A model generated the notes under the pieces. It saw only the letters and a program-made list of their open reading frames with translations. It made no database searches and was not told where the DNA came from. A stretch of 64,000 nt of DNA. It comes from the human T2T-CHM13v2.0 reference genome, Homo sapiens. Position numbers and translations under genes: made by a program. The stretch lies in assembly GCF_009914755.1 (NCBI RefSeq), contig NC_060925.1, one strand, 5' to 3'. Shown one piece after another: positions 1 to 20,411 of this stretch. The number at the start of each line of letters is the position of its first letter. The first letter of the stretch is position 1.

Positions 1-629
1 CACTTCTTCCTCCGCCTGGTGGACTCTCACTTGACCTCCACCTCAGCTTGGATGGCTCCTCCTCCAAGCAGCCTGCCTGGACTTTCTAGGCTGGGTCAAG
101 TGCCCCTCCCCCATCCCCGCCCCAACCTCTGGCTCCTGTAACACCCAGCTCTGCCCCTTCTTAGCCTGGGTCCTACTCTATTACCATTGCTGCCCCCACC
201 AGACTGAGTCCCATGAGGGCAGACAGGGCCCTTATCCATCTTTGTGACCTTGTGCCCAGCCTGGCATAGAGCAGGAACTGGCCACTGAGAGAAGGGACAG
301 AGCAGCAAACTATCTAGATACCTGGGGTGTGGGATGTGGTGGCATTTGGAGACCATGGGCAGGTTATGTTGCCTCAGTTTCCCCAGAACCAGTGCTTCTC
401 AGACCTTATCTAGGGAAGTGTCCATGATGGCAGAGAGGGGAGAGGGCGGCTCTGGCCAGTTATGTAACCTCCCTCCCCTCGGTGTTCAAATCTGTAAAAT
501 GGGATATTAATAGCATCTACCTTGAAGGACTGTTGGAAGAATGAAATAAGTAAACACAGGCTAAGTGCTTAGAACAGTGGGTGGTGCCCAGAAAGCCTTG
601 TGTAAGTGTTTGCTGATACCTGATCTTCA

Positions 630-1600
<971 letters not shown>

Positions 1601-2798
1601 TGGATTTGCTTTAATTTAAAAATAAAGTTTCCCCTCCTGCCAATTGCAGGGTCCATTGGAGACTGCAGACAGCTGCTCACTGGGTTTTGAGCATCGGACC
1701 TGTCCGTGGCCCACAGGTTTATGGGTTCTCACATGCCCTTGGAAGGGTCTTATGTCCAGGACTTCAAGGGAGAGAGCACACGAGGCCACCTCCCCCCATG
1801 CTGAGCCACTTCCTGAGTTCATTCCTGCTCATCAGCAGGGCCATGGCTGAGTTGCTTTGGGAATGGGACTCAGGCCTGGTCTTGATGTGCCCTCATAGCC
1901 CAGATTTTTGTGGATTTGCAAGCTGCAGGCTTATTCCCTGCTGGGCCAACAGCTTTGTCAGTGGTAGCAACAGTAGCCATAGCCCAGCCACAGAGCTACA
2001 GTGGCCACCTGGGTCAGGCCAGGCCAGGGTCAGGCACCAGGAAGGCCTGACTCAGCCATCATGCCCAGCACACTCAGGTGGCCCAACACTAATGGGAGGA
2101 AGGCCCAGCCAGGTGCTCCCTGCACTCCCATAGCTCACCAACCCCAGCCGCACCTGACACAGTCAGGTGTCTCATGGATGCCCAGTGGGCCAGGACCCAG
2201 AGGGTGGCAGCTCTCCTGCAGCAGCAGGGGCCAGGGCAGAGCATGCCAGCTTTGAGACCCCAGGGCAGGCCGAACACCCTCTCGACTTTTGCCAGCGCCT
2301 CTCCTGTATCTCCCCAAAGCTCCAGGCTGAGTCAGGAGCTCTGGGTTGCAGACCTGCCTCTACCAGTGACAACAATCATGCCACTCCCTGCTTGAAACCT
2401 TCAATGACTCCTTATTGCCCTCAACTTGAAATCCCCACTCCTGGGCCTGCTTTACAAGGCCCTAGAGACTTCTCCAGCACCTCACGTCATGCCTTAATAA
2501 CACCAAATTGCTTGTGGTTCCCTTGCACAACCATGTGGTTTCACGCCCCCGCGCCTCACTCTGCATCACCCTCCCTTGGCTTCGCTGGTTAACTCCTAGT
2601 AGTCCCTGAGGTCTCAGCTCTGGGACCACCTCCTCCAGGAAGTCTTCCTCCTGGGCCTTAGATCATCTCTGCTCCCTGGTTACGTTCCTGGTGACCTGTG
2701 TTTGACACCTTCCTAACCCCCACTATGAACGACCTCTGACATGCAGGGCTGCAACCCGGTAGAGTGGAGAAGGCTCAGGTTTGAAATTAGAACTCTGG

Positions 2799-3182
<384 letters not shown>

Positions 3183-3744
3183 CTATGAGAAAAGCATCCC
3201 ACTGAGATTTCTGACCTTGCTTTCAATTCTGGCCTCTGCCCCTAACTTGCTGTGTGGCCTTGAACAAACCCAGTTGCTGGGCTCCAGCTTGGTTTTCCTT
3301 TTCTGTAAAATGGGGCCGCCCACAAAACTCATAACAAAGTGTTGAGGTTCCGACAAGCCGAAACCTGTGAAAAGCTTGTGTAAACCTCAGAGCTGTACAT
3401 GGATGGTTGAAGGATCTATTTCGACAGCTCCGGGGAGCCGTGGGAGGGAAGCTGACGGCGGCTCTTGCTGTTCTCCTACCTCCCAGCCCTCCCGAAGACT
3501 CTGAGCAGCCTGGAGATCAAAGGTGATTGGGGCCTGCTGGCATGGAGGCCGGGCTCGGCAGAACCTGCTTCCCGGCCCCCTGCCCACCTCCCACCCACCC
3601 CTGCTCCCAGGGTTAAGTGACGTGTCTGCCTTGTGCACGAATCTCTGTTTAAACACTAGGGGTTTGGGGGGAACCCTCAGCCCCTCAACTCCCACCCAGG
3701 AAGCTCTGGGACCCCACTGCTTTTCCCAAGACTGAAAGCCAAGA

Positions 3745-4622
3745 TCGGTTTGAATCATCTGCAACTTTATTCCAGAGCAGAAATAAGTCATTTTCTAACA
3801 ATAAATATAAAAAAAATAATAAATTAAGATTCGAAAAAAATGTCCAACAAAACAAAATCTTTAACACTGACAGAATAGAAACTTATCCAAAAGGATGAGA
3901 GATGGGGCCGACTGGGGCATGGGCAGGACACTCCTGCAGCACCGGTCCCTGAGTCCCCAGCTCACGAATGTTTGACACCCTCTGTCCCCAGCCCTGGCGG
4001 GGCCCCCTGCCACACACACACATTCTCTCCACAAAGTACAAAATATATATTTAAAAACCTCAACACAACCAAGCATCTTGCAAAGGCCCAGGAAAGCAAG
4101 GGTTTGGCCAGTCAGGGATGAGGATGGGGCCCGAGGGTCTAAAGAAGGCACTAGAGGGACAGGGACCGCTTTGGGTCTCACCCAGTCAAGTTCACAGTCT
4201 GCCCTCTTAGTGTGAGGAAATGGGGCTTGAGGTACCCTGTTTACTTGGCGCTGGGCCAAGCCCTCCATCTCCTGAGATGGCCTCATGTGGGAGAAGGCGG
4301 AGGGAAGGTCGGCTTGGGAATATCCTATATGTCTGTCCGAAGGCTGTGGCGGGGCTCCTGCTCCAGGGATGCTGGGACGTGGCGGTGCCTGCTAAGTGCT
4401 CAGCTGTGTGCGTCTCGCAGGGAAAGAGGGCCCAGCCCAGCATCCCTGGTCATCTCCTCAGTTCAGGCCAGGGTGTCATCCGAGACCCCTCAGCGGAAGT
4501 TGCAGGGGGAGGAAAGAACTAGAAATAAATAAAGTCCCCAGTGGCCCAGCATGGCACAGCAGGGAGGCCACTCTGTTTCTTCAAGTATTCTTGGCCGATG
4601 GGGCTCCAGGCCCTGTCGAGGC
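3745..4622 (-). other. EPHA2: EPHA2 3' UTR (~880 nt)
   Basis: Between stop codon and AATAAA; U-rich distal part; cleavage site approximate. Confidence 0.88.
3766..3771 (-). terminator. Polyadenylation signal AATAAA
   Basis: tttatt on + strand downstream of U-rich tract. Confidence 0.88.
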
Positions 4623-4979
<357 letters not shown>

Positions 4980-5029
4980 TCAACTCTGTACGATGCTTTA
5001 AAAAAATAAAAATAAATCAAATCTTCTGA

Positions 5030-5150
5030 ATTATCTGTGAGGCAGGTGCTCTTTTTCATCCCCATTTTGCAGATTAGAGAACTGAGGTCAGAGAGGTAAA
5101 GTGACTTGCCTGAGGTCACACAGCTAGGAGGTGGAAGAGCTGGGAATCAA
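5030..5150. mobile_element. MIR fragment (representative; similar cores at ~460-590, 9290-9440, 25230-25390, 27030-27220, 28670-28850, 36070-36190, 44130-44260, 50700-50780)
   Basis: MIR core ccattttgcaga...actgaggtcagagaggtaaagtgacttgcc...aggtcacacagct. Confidence 0.7.
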
Positions 5151-8100
5151 ACCAGCTATGAACAAATGCCTTCCCTCCCCTCACCCCTAGTCTGTTCCCA
5201 GTGCCCCCAGCTCAGGCCTCCTTCCCAGGAACTCTCTAGGGATGTCGCTCAAAGCCTCTCTGCCCAAGGTCTCTTCCCACCTGCTGCCTCATTTCTCCCT
5301 CACTCCTTCCAAGTTCCCACTGCTGATCATGAAGGAAGGACTTGGGAAATACTTGAAGGGTTAAACTTTGCGAGTCTTCATGGGTGAGGCTTGCGGGTCA
5401 CCAGATCCAGTGACTAGGAAGATGTCTTCCCTTGGGGAAACCTCAGTTTCCTCCCGTGTAAAATGGGAGCTACTGTCCATCTGGAGGGCGAGAGACCTCA
5501 AAACCAGCAGCCGAGGGGGAAGGCAGCATCAGTACCAGATGGACAGATGTGCCCAGGAGCCCACAGCCCTGCTTTCCCACCCCCACAGGGTACACGCTCT
5601 CCTGGGGCCCCCTTCCATGCCCCTCCGTCCCCTCATGAAATCACTTATGCTCCCAGGAACCTGTGAGGAGGGCATTTATTACTCACTTTGGGAGTTTTCT
5701 CCTCCACCGTCCTCACCCACTAGCCCAAACCCATGAAAACACCCAAGTTTTTATGGGCCGACTTTTGGCTGTAAAGGGAGCTAATTATATGATGCAAGAT
5801 CCTAGTTGCAGTTCTGCAGACATGACTTTCCCACAGGCTCCGGGAGCCCCGGCACAGGCGCAGAGCAGGGAAGGGCAGACCCAGGTGAGTTGGGGGGACT
5901 CCAGGACCTCCCGCAGAGGCTGGTGCTCCCACAGCAGCAGGAAGGCCGAGACATTTGGGACATTTGGGAGAACTTCCTACGCTACCTGCACAGGACGTTT
6001 CTAACCTATACAGTTGGAGGTGCTGAAAAAGCAGCAGTTTCCCACACACTTGAAGGTCTCAAATTGTGGTCCCTGGAAAAGCGTTCAGACCACGGTGAAG
6101 GAGACAGGACCCCCGGCCTGACCCCAGAATCACTCGATTTGCAGTTCCGCAGGTGGGGCAAGGAGTCTGCATTTGGTTGAATCCCAGAAGAAACCTGACA
6201 TCCGGTTTAAAAACCAGTGGGTTGTAAGCTCCAGGAGGACAAGTGCTGAGACCTTGTCATCTGGGCCCATCACCCCCACAGCACCTGCTCCCGCCCCCAC
6301 CCCTGCCCAGGGTCCAGGATAGGCCTGGCACATAGTAGGTCCCTAGGAAGTGTCTGCTGCATGAATGCATGAGCGAATGAATGCTTTAGCGGAGGTTGGG
6401 CCGTTGCTGGGCCACCTCTGGTCCCTCTTGCAAATGGTAGTGGTTAATCTCACAGGATGGGAGCACAGTTTGCTTTGGAGGCCCTGCGTAGAAAACTCCA
6501 AGGCCATATACTCGGTGAGCTCCTACTGTGTTCTGGCCCTGGGTGCAGGGAGACGGGAGTAAGAAATGGCTCCTGGAGCCTCACGTGTCAGATCATTCAT
6601 TCATTCAGCAAGCATTCCTTCAGTGCCAAGCCTATGCCAAGGGCACTGGAGACCCTAAGATCTACAGCCTGTGCCCTCGACCCCCACACAGGATGCAAAT
6701 GCTGTAGTCCCAGCTCTAGACAGAGCCTGGGGTTGGGCTATTTTTCTGGGGTGCAACATCCACGCCTTTCGTCAGCTGCTCACAAAACATCTGGGACCAC
6801 TAGTCTAGCTAGAAACCCAACTGACTCCAAAATAGCACAAATGGAGAAGAGACAGTGGCTGTGGGACCCCAGGGGACCAGGCAGCTGGTCCCCTGGGAGG
6901 GAGTCAAGAAGGCAGGAGGCTGAGAAGGGGAGGAGGTGGGACACTGAAGCCTAAATCCTGATCCCATTGGGAAAGGCACGCATTCCCCTGCTACCAGCTC
7001 CAAGTCTCCCGTTGGGACCCATGGCGTGTGTAGACCCAGGCTTCAGGTTTTAAAAAGTCCTTTGAGATCCCCATTTATTTGGAAAGAGGCAGAGGGGAAG
7101 GAGGAGGCATGCAGGCCCCAGCTCTGAGCACCAGTGGCTGGTGGGAGGAGCGGGTGGTGGGTGGTGGGGGGCGCCGAATGACTTCCTGCCTTTATCCAGG
7201 CCCTTTCACAACAACGCGCACTGCAGCGCACACACACACAGCCTCCATCCATCCAAGACTGCCCCGTCCCTGCTCGTGGGAAAGGAATTGGCGAGGAGCA
7301 CCCTGGGCTATTTAGGGAAGCTTCTAAGAACATGTGTTTCCCATAAGCACTTCTCCGTGCCCTCAGCTCTGGTCCCCAGAAGAGAGGCTGTGTTGTCCTT
7401 GGTGGGAGCCCCTGGAGGAGCAAAGGGTCTGGTGGATGTTCCCAGGAAAAAGGAGAAAAGGAGGGGGCATTTGCACAGTGCTAGGGGAGGAAAGCAAGGG
7501 AGTGGAGGAAAAGAGGAGAGCAATGAGGATTTAGCACCCACTGTATACCAGTCGTGTCATCTGCGCTGCACCCATGCAATCCCATCAAACTTGATCAAGG
7601 TCACCCGCTAGGAAGTGGCAGATGCGGGACTTGAACCCAGGTATGTGTGCAGAGCCCAAGCCTGTGGCCCTGCTGGGCTGGCGGGCAGCAAAAGACATCC
7701 TGTGATCCATCTCCCCTCCCTACGTGTCCCCGCCTCCCCTCTGGTCCGCTCTGTTCCTGCCTGCTTCCCATCACCGACTGTCCCCTGAGGGAGGCTATGG
7801 CCTTGGCCAGCAGGTTGGGAGCCCAGCTGAGCAATTTCCAAAGGCCCTAGAGAATGTTCATGAACAGGCTCAAATCCCAGAACTTCTGTGACCTAGAACC
7901 ATGGGAGGCCCAGGTCATCCCCTCCATACGGTTCCCAAAACCTCCCAGCCTCCCGGTCTGTTCCCGCCATGATCTTTGACCATGCACAAGCTGGGTTGTT
8001 GAAACTGGCCACTATTTTTAGAGGCACAAAAGGCTAAGAGGATAGGGTCTCCCCCCTCCTGGGACAGGAGGAGGTGTCTGTGCCAAGGCCATGCCGGGAA

Positions 8101-8840
8101 AAGTCTCAATGCTGGAGTTGGGAAGGGGAGAAGAGCTGCCAAGGGGCAGCTTGACAAAGGGGCAAACCCAGGGCCAGCAGAGAGTAAGTGGCACTTCTCA
8201 CCAGGTGGGACTGCAGGCTGAGAGCCAACCAAGTGGAGAGAGGTGCCCGGGGTAGGCCAGGGGTTCTCTCTCCTGGGCAGCAGTCAGGGCATCTTGGAGA
8301 AGACTGCCCCAAACTGGCTGTGTGACCTCAGGCAAGCCGGTAACATCTCAGCCTGTTTCTCTACCAATGACCTCTCCGATCCCTGCGCTCTGGGATCCCG
8401 ACTGACTGGGCCTGGAATCCTGCTCTCCCCCTCATGGCTGTGGGACCCTGGGCAGGTCACTGCACTTCTCTGCATCTGTTTCTCACCTGCACCTGTTTCT
8501 CACCTGTTAACAGGACTCACCCCGCTGGGTTCTCATTCAAAGTGCTCAAGCAGAGACGGCACATAGCCCTCAGTAAACAGTAGCTACTGTTATGATTACG
8601 GTTACTATTATTTCCCCACTCTGGTAAAGGATGTAGGAAGAGGAGAGAGCTGAGAGTGGGCACCCAGAGCTGCCAGCTGCTGGCGGAGTTCTGCCCTTCT
8701 CTTCCAAGGAGCCTCTTCCCAGAAGAGAAAGAACAAAGAGAGGAGCATTGAGGGGCAGGGAAGAGGGCTGGGGGGGGCATGGAGGCAGCCTCTGGAGTGG
8801 GAGGCGGGAGGCGAGGGGGGACGGAAAGGGGCCTGACTTA

Positions 8841-9068
<228 letters not shown>

Positions 9069-9632
9069 CTAACCTGGATGATTGACTCAGCTGCCCCGTG
9101 CCTCCGTCTCCTTATCTGGGCAACAGGGAAGCCCAGTCAAGTAGGGTTCAATGAGACCTCCTGGCACGTTGGGAGCGCTCAGCATCTGTAACTACTGCTG
9201 CCCCTCCACTCCTACTAACAGGACCACCACCAATAACTACCACATCATAAAATGCTACGAGCAGAGATTCCAGATCCTGAGGTCACAATCCCAGCCTGAC
9301 CACTTCCAGCCATGTAAGATATTCAATCGCCCTGTGTCTCAGTTTCTTCTTCTACAAAATGAGGATCACTGGAGGACTCATCTCGTAGGTTGTTTAAATG
9401 AATGAAAACATATTAAGTGCTCACGCAGTGCCCTGCACACAGACACATAAGCTGGTTGCTTCTATTAGGATTTCCTGGGCCATCGTGTCCAGTCTAAGTC
9501 AAGTCCACACATAACCTCTTAGCCCCCAGCACCCCCCCTACCAGCTTCACCTGGGTGGCCACTCTACCGAAGTGGTTCAAGAGTCTGCAGAAGGAAAATT
9601 GAGGTCATCATGGGCAGAGGGCATAGAACTCA

Positions 9633-9893
<261 letters not shown>

Positions 9894-10039
9894 CTATGGA
9901 GGTGGGCAGGGGAGGGGAGGGGAACAGGAACATCCCAGAAACAGACAGGAAGGGCCTTTCTTGAGCTGCCACCCAACCTTCAGAGCTGCCCAAAGGGCAA
10001 ATGCCTAAGGGTCTGTGTCCAGAGTTCACTGGAAGGGAC

Positions 10040-10336
10040 TTTTTTTTTTTTGACTGAGACAGGGTCTCAGTCTGTCACCCAGGCTAGAGTGCAGTGGCGC
10101 TATCACACCTCACGGCAGCCTCAACCTCCTGTGCTCAGGTGATCCTCCCACCTCCGCCTCCTGAGTAGCTGAGACTACAGGCACGTGCCAACACACTTGG
10201 CTAATTTTTTAATTTTTTGTAGAGATGGGGTTTCGTCATGTTGTCCAGGCTGGTCTCGAACTCCTGAGCTCAAGCGATACTCCTGCCTCAGCCTCCCAAA
10301 GTGCTAGGATTACAGGCATGCGCCATTGCTCCCAGC
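10040..10336 (-). mobile_element. Alu (J-like), intron 14
   Basis: Reverse Alu consensus. Confidence 0.92.
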
Positions 10337-10704
10337 TAGAAGGGACCCTGCTCCCTCACAGGGCACCAGGCAGCAGCCACACTGTGTACCCTCAGCCCAG
10401 CCTCCCTCCCATCTCTCTTCCCCTCCCTCTCATCTGGCTGCCTTACAGTGCCCTTGGTCTTGGCAGAGATGTGACCTCTTCTGAGAAGCCTCCCAGGCCA
10501 CCAGGCTGAGAGAGGCACCAAGCACACAGACACACACACACATGCATGCATGCACATGTGCACACATACGGATGCACACACATGCATGGACACACGGATA
10601 CACACGTACACCCCACTCCTTTTTTCATCTCTGCACTCTCTGAATCAGCTCCTGGAACCCAGCACAAGGCCTGGCACGCAGTAGATCCTCAAGAAATATT
10701 TACG

Positions 10705-11699
<995 letters not shown>

Positions 11700-11785
11700 T
11701 CAGCTGCAGGCCAGCCCTGAACCCGCTAGGCCAGCCCCGGGCTCAATGGCCAGGCATCCCCGCCCCCTACAACCCACATCCTTAC

Positions 11786-11847
11786 CCGAAGGAACTTGTC
11801 CAGGGCCCCATTCTCCATGTACTCAGTGATGATCATCATGGGCTTGT
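11786..11847 (-). CDS. EPHA2: EPHA2 exon 12 (62 nt): kinase hinge
   Basis: YKPMMIITEYMENGALDKFLR; acceptor ctacag, donor GTAAGG. Confidence 0.96.
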
Positions 11848-11854
11848 CTGTAGG

Positions 11855-13078
<1,224 letters not shown>

Positions 13079-13267
13079 TCAGAGGAGAAGGTCACGTGAT
13101 CTTCAGAGACTTGGACCAGGCTGTGGGGGACGGACCCCTCAGAGCTGCCCACGGAAGCCTGTGGCCCCACCCCAGTGCCCTGGGAACACCCTGGCTGCCC
13201 CCACCTCCCCCACAGAGCTGGGGACGGTGCGGGCAGGGCTGGGCCTGGAGCAGGGGCTGCGTCTCAC

Positions 13268-13323
13268 CTGACTTGGAGAAGTAAACGTCCTCCGGGGACT
13301 GGCGGGCACGCTGGTTCTTCCTC
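13268..13323 (-). CDS. EPHA2: EPHA2 exon 9 (56 nt): juxtamembrane
   Basis: RKNQRARQSPEDVYFSKS; acceptor tttcag, donor GTGAGA. Confidence 0.95.
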
Positions 13324-13872
13324 CTGAAAGAGCCCCACGGGGAACCAAATGCAGGGAGGTCAGTGAGGTCTGCTCCGGCCAGGGAAGCCTCCTGGCCCTA
13401 CTTTGGTCCTAGGAGGACCTGGGGTGCTCAGAATGCGGCCCAGTCCCCGCTTTCGCTGCCCAAGCTCCACTCTCAGGGCCGAGGGTGCGGAGAAGGCGGG
13501 TGGAGGAACAGGGAGGAAGTGAGCGAGCCAGGACTCCCTCTCCAGGATCTAGGCCCCAGAATGGCCCCTTAAGCAGTCGTGACGAAGGCATTCCCATTAG
13601 AGCTACTCGGGGATTCCTGCCTGCGTGTCCAGAGGAAGTGTGGACACATCATTAATAACAAGAGCAGAGGTAATGACCCCCGTGTCCCGGCCCCGCCGCG
13701 TGCCAGGCACTTCGCTACACACTCTAACTCGTATATCCTCGCACCATCCAGAGGCAGGGATTAGACTCGACTAGCATCCTGTGGGCCCCATCGTTCAGAT
13801 GAGGAAATGGAGGTTCCTGCCCCATTTTCCCACCCAAGCCCATGTGGAGCCAGGGTATGGGCTCTGACGAAC

Positions 13873-13972
13873 CTGCGGTGGATAAAGAAGCCAACTCCTG
13901 CCAGCACCAGAAGCAGGACCACACCGACAGCCACGCCGCCAATCACCGCCAAGTTGCCAGATCCCTCCGGGG
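13873..13972 (-). CDS. EPHA2: EPHA2 exon 8 (100 nt): transmembrane helix
   Basis: [33 protein letters not shown]; donor AG|GTTCGT. Confidence 0.96.
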
Positions 13973-14387
13973 CTGGTGGAAGAAATCAGCTGATGACAAG
14001 GGAGTTCCCCCACAAATTACAGCAACACCCGCGCTGCACCCAAGACACCTGGGCCCCTACTGTGTGCTGGGTGCTTGCACTTGGGAAGGCTCCAGAGGGT
14101 ACTTAGTCCCATTTCATAGACGGTCAAGCGGAGGCCTTCCCGAAGGTCTCACGGGAGGTATTGCAGGTATGTGGGGCTCAAAGCTCTGGCTTTTTCTGAG
14201 ATGCGGATTTGAACTTCCTCACACCACTGTCGTGAATCCACATCCCGGCTCCTCCACCCCTCAGCCTTCCATGCTTCCCCCTCCCCAGGCTTGGGGGCAG
14301 TCCCCGAAGGGCTGTCCCAGGCCGCCGGTGACCGAGAAAGGGGCATTTCTAAGTTATTTGATTCACTTCCTTTCCCAAGATGTCTCA

Positions 14388-14651
<264 letters not shown>

Positions 14652-14996
14652 TCAGCCCGCTGGAGACCACCCCAAGCTAGCAAGGTGGCTTGCCTTTGTT
14701 AGCAAACTTGAGGCTCTTCTTACAGAGGAGGAAACTGAGGCTTGGAATTAAGTGACTCACTCAAGGTCAGAACCACTAAATGCATGAGCCAGGACTCAAA
14801 CTGAGTGTGTGGGGTCCCAAAATTCTGCCCCTGTCCTCACCCTGACTGCCTCTTCCAAGGACGCCATGTCTTCTCTCGTACAAATCTCTGCTGTGCTGCC
14901 TTGGGAGATGTAACCCCCTGGCAGACCCCAGGCCTCAGTTTCCCCATCTGCAGAAGGGTGCTTCTTCAGATGGCTGGGTGGTTTGGTGATCATCTA

Positions 14997-15575
<579 letters not shown>

Positions 15576-15708
15576 CCAGGCTCTTTAGATCCCAACCTAG
15601 GATCCTAAACTTTCAGCTCCAGAGCACAGGGCCAGAGCCCCAGGCCTCCACCCTGGCCCCATCACAGGGGCTGGCACATCAGAGGTGCCCCATATTTACG
15701 AGTGCATA

Positions 15709-15710
<2 letters not shown>

Positions 15711-15743
<33 letters not shown>
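15711..15743. repeat. (TAA)11 microsatellite
   Basis: Direct count. Confidence 0.9.
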
Positions 15744-16474
<731 letters not shown>

Positions 16475-16577
16475 TCTCAATTCTCAATTATTATCCCACT
16501 TTACAGGGGAGAACATTGAGGCCCTGAGAGGTTAAGTAACCTGCCCACAGTCACAGAGCTCAGAAGCGGCTCTGGAG

Positions 16578-17844
<1,267 letters not shown>

Positions 17845-19863
17845 TCAGTTCAATCTGCTTCCACCCCACGTGACTGTCTCATTCCCTCACCAGGGACCCC
17901 TGCCCTGCAAGCAGGTCAGTAAATCTCTATGGACCTGTTTTCTCATCGGCAAAATGTCTTGTGATGGAAAAATGCATGGCAAGGGCCTAGCATGTACCGG
18001 GCACCCAGGAAGTGCTTCACACACATGCTGCAAACCTTTGCTTCACTCCCCACTGGCTCCTGCAAGAAGCACCACGCCCCTGAGCCTGGCATTCAAGGCC
18101 ATACCTCGCCTTTCAGCCAACCAAGAATCCCATCACAGCCTAGCTCAGCACTTGACCAAGCACGCTGCCCACCGGCCTCATCCCCTTTCCTCCATGCAGA
18201 CTAGCCTGTCCGGTCCCCACCTGGGTAGCTGAGAGCTGCCCAGGGCAATGACTGCCTCTTCTTGACCATGTGTGTTTGTTGACTGTCGTCACCACCCTGA
18301 CTCACTGGCCAGCCTCATCAGTTCAGGATGCCATCCCTGCAGGTGTTACCTCCAGCCCAGGACCTGCCCTCCTTTCCATCCGGGGCTGACCAGGAAGCAG
18401 GAAAGGCCAAGCCCCCTGGCATTTTCTCTGGCTCTGCTTCCAGGACCGAGTCATATCCGCCACTCACAAGGACAGCCAGGAAGTGACTCTTCCTCCCCCA
18501 GTGGCCAGTCCTGTCCTGGCCCAGCAGGCTGGGGGCTCAGGCACCTGACTCCGGGGGCTTCTTCCTCCCACCGCCCTATCCTGTCTCATCCCGCCCCTGC
18601 CCTAAGCCCCTTCCTGGCCCTACAGGCAGGAAGCTGCCCAGACACAGGGCTCACGGTGCAGGGCTGTCCAGGGCTTGGGCAGCTGCTGAAGTGGCCAGGG
18701 TGGGTAGAGGTCACCCTAGGGAGCTCCTCCAACAACCCTACAATTATAATCCTTCAGATTGTTCTGATGAGAGGGTCCTGAGACACCTCCAACCTCAGCA
18801 CCGTGTTCACCACACACACAATGATCCTCTGCTCTGTGCCTGGCCCACCCCCAGTGCTGGGTATGCACCAAGATGAAAACAAACTCCCGATCTCAGGGAG
18901 CAGAAGCACCTGACAAGGTCTGCAAGACAGAGGGAGGAAACAAGCTAACAGCTAAGGGGGTGGAGAAGGGGAAACAACCTTGGCCAGGAGTCTGAGAAGT
19001 CACAGAGGGGACATTTTGGCTGGGGTTCAGAGGCTGCATAGGAGTTCAGCAGGGGAATGATAGATGTTGGGAGAGGGAGTTAGGAGTGAGAAAGTGCATG
19101 ACTAATACGGAAGGTATGAGTGGGTTTGTGGGCACAAATGTGGGGAGCAGCAAGCAATAAAACAGTTGAGAAAGGCCTTCAATGCCAGGCCAAGAAGCTG
19201 GGACTTTATCCTGGAGGCAATGGAAAGCCGCTGGAGGTCTGATGTGGAGAAGTCAGACCCCTGCCGTCAGGAAAAATCTGTGCCTGGAGGCAGCTTTTGT
19301 CCAAGACCCTGGGGACAACCTGGCCCCTAATGGCCTAAGGACAACCCCCTCCAGGGAAGCAATTTCAAGTGCCCTGACCCAAGCAAACCTGCTAACTCTC
19401 AGGGACAGAATCTGGAGCGAAGACTCTCGTCATCCAGTCCCCTGTGTGAGCAGAGGTGCAGAGGGGGACCAGGAGTCAGGGGAACAGGACTCAAAGGACA
19501 CCCAGCTCTGTAAGGTGCCAGATAGTGACCTCCTGCTGATGACTCTGCTCTCAGAGCCAGGCTGCATCCCTGTCCCCTCCCAACCCTGGCCCAGGGACCA
19601 CACAAACAGCCGCTCTCACCCCCTTGGTCCATCCTGCTTCTGCAGACCCTCAGCATTGGCCCTGCAAGAGCTCAGGCACATAGGGCAGGGAAGGGGGCTT
19701 GTCCCAGGTCATGCAGCAGGACAGAGGAGGCCCGGGACCCGACTCCTGCTCTGCACAGAGCCTGGAGTCCCAATGACAGTACCTACTATGCGCAGGGCTC
19801 GGGCTAAGCACTGTACCCTCATTTAGTCCTCGCAATAGACCTGCTATATACAGGCACTATTAG

Positions 19864-20411
<548 letters not shown>

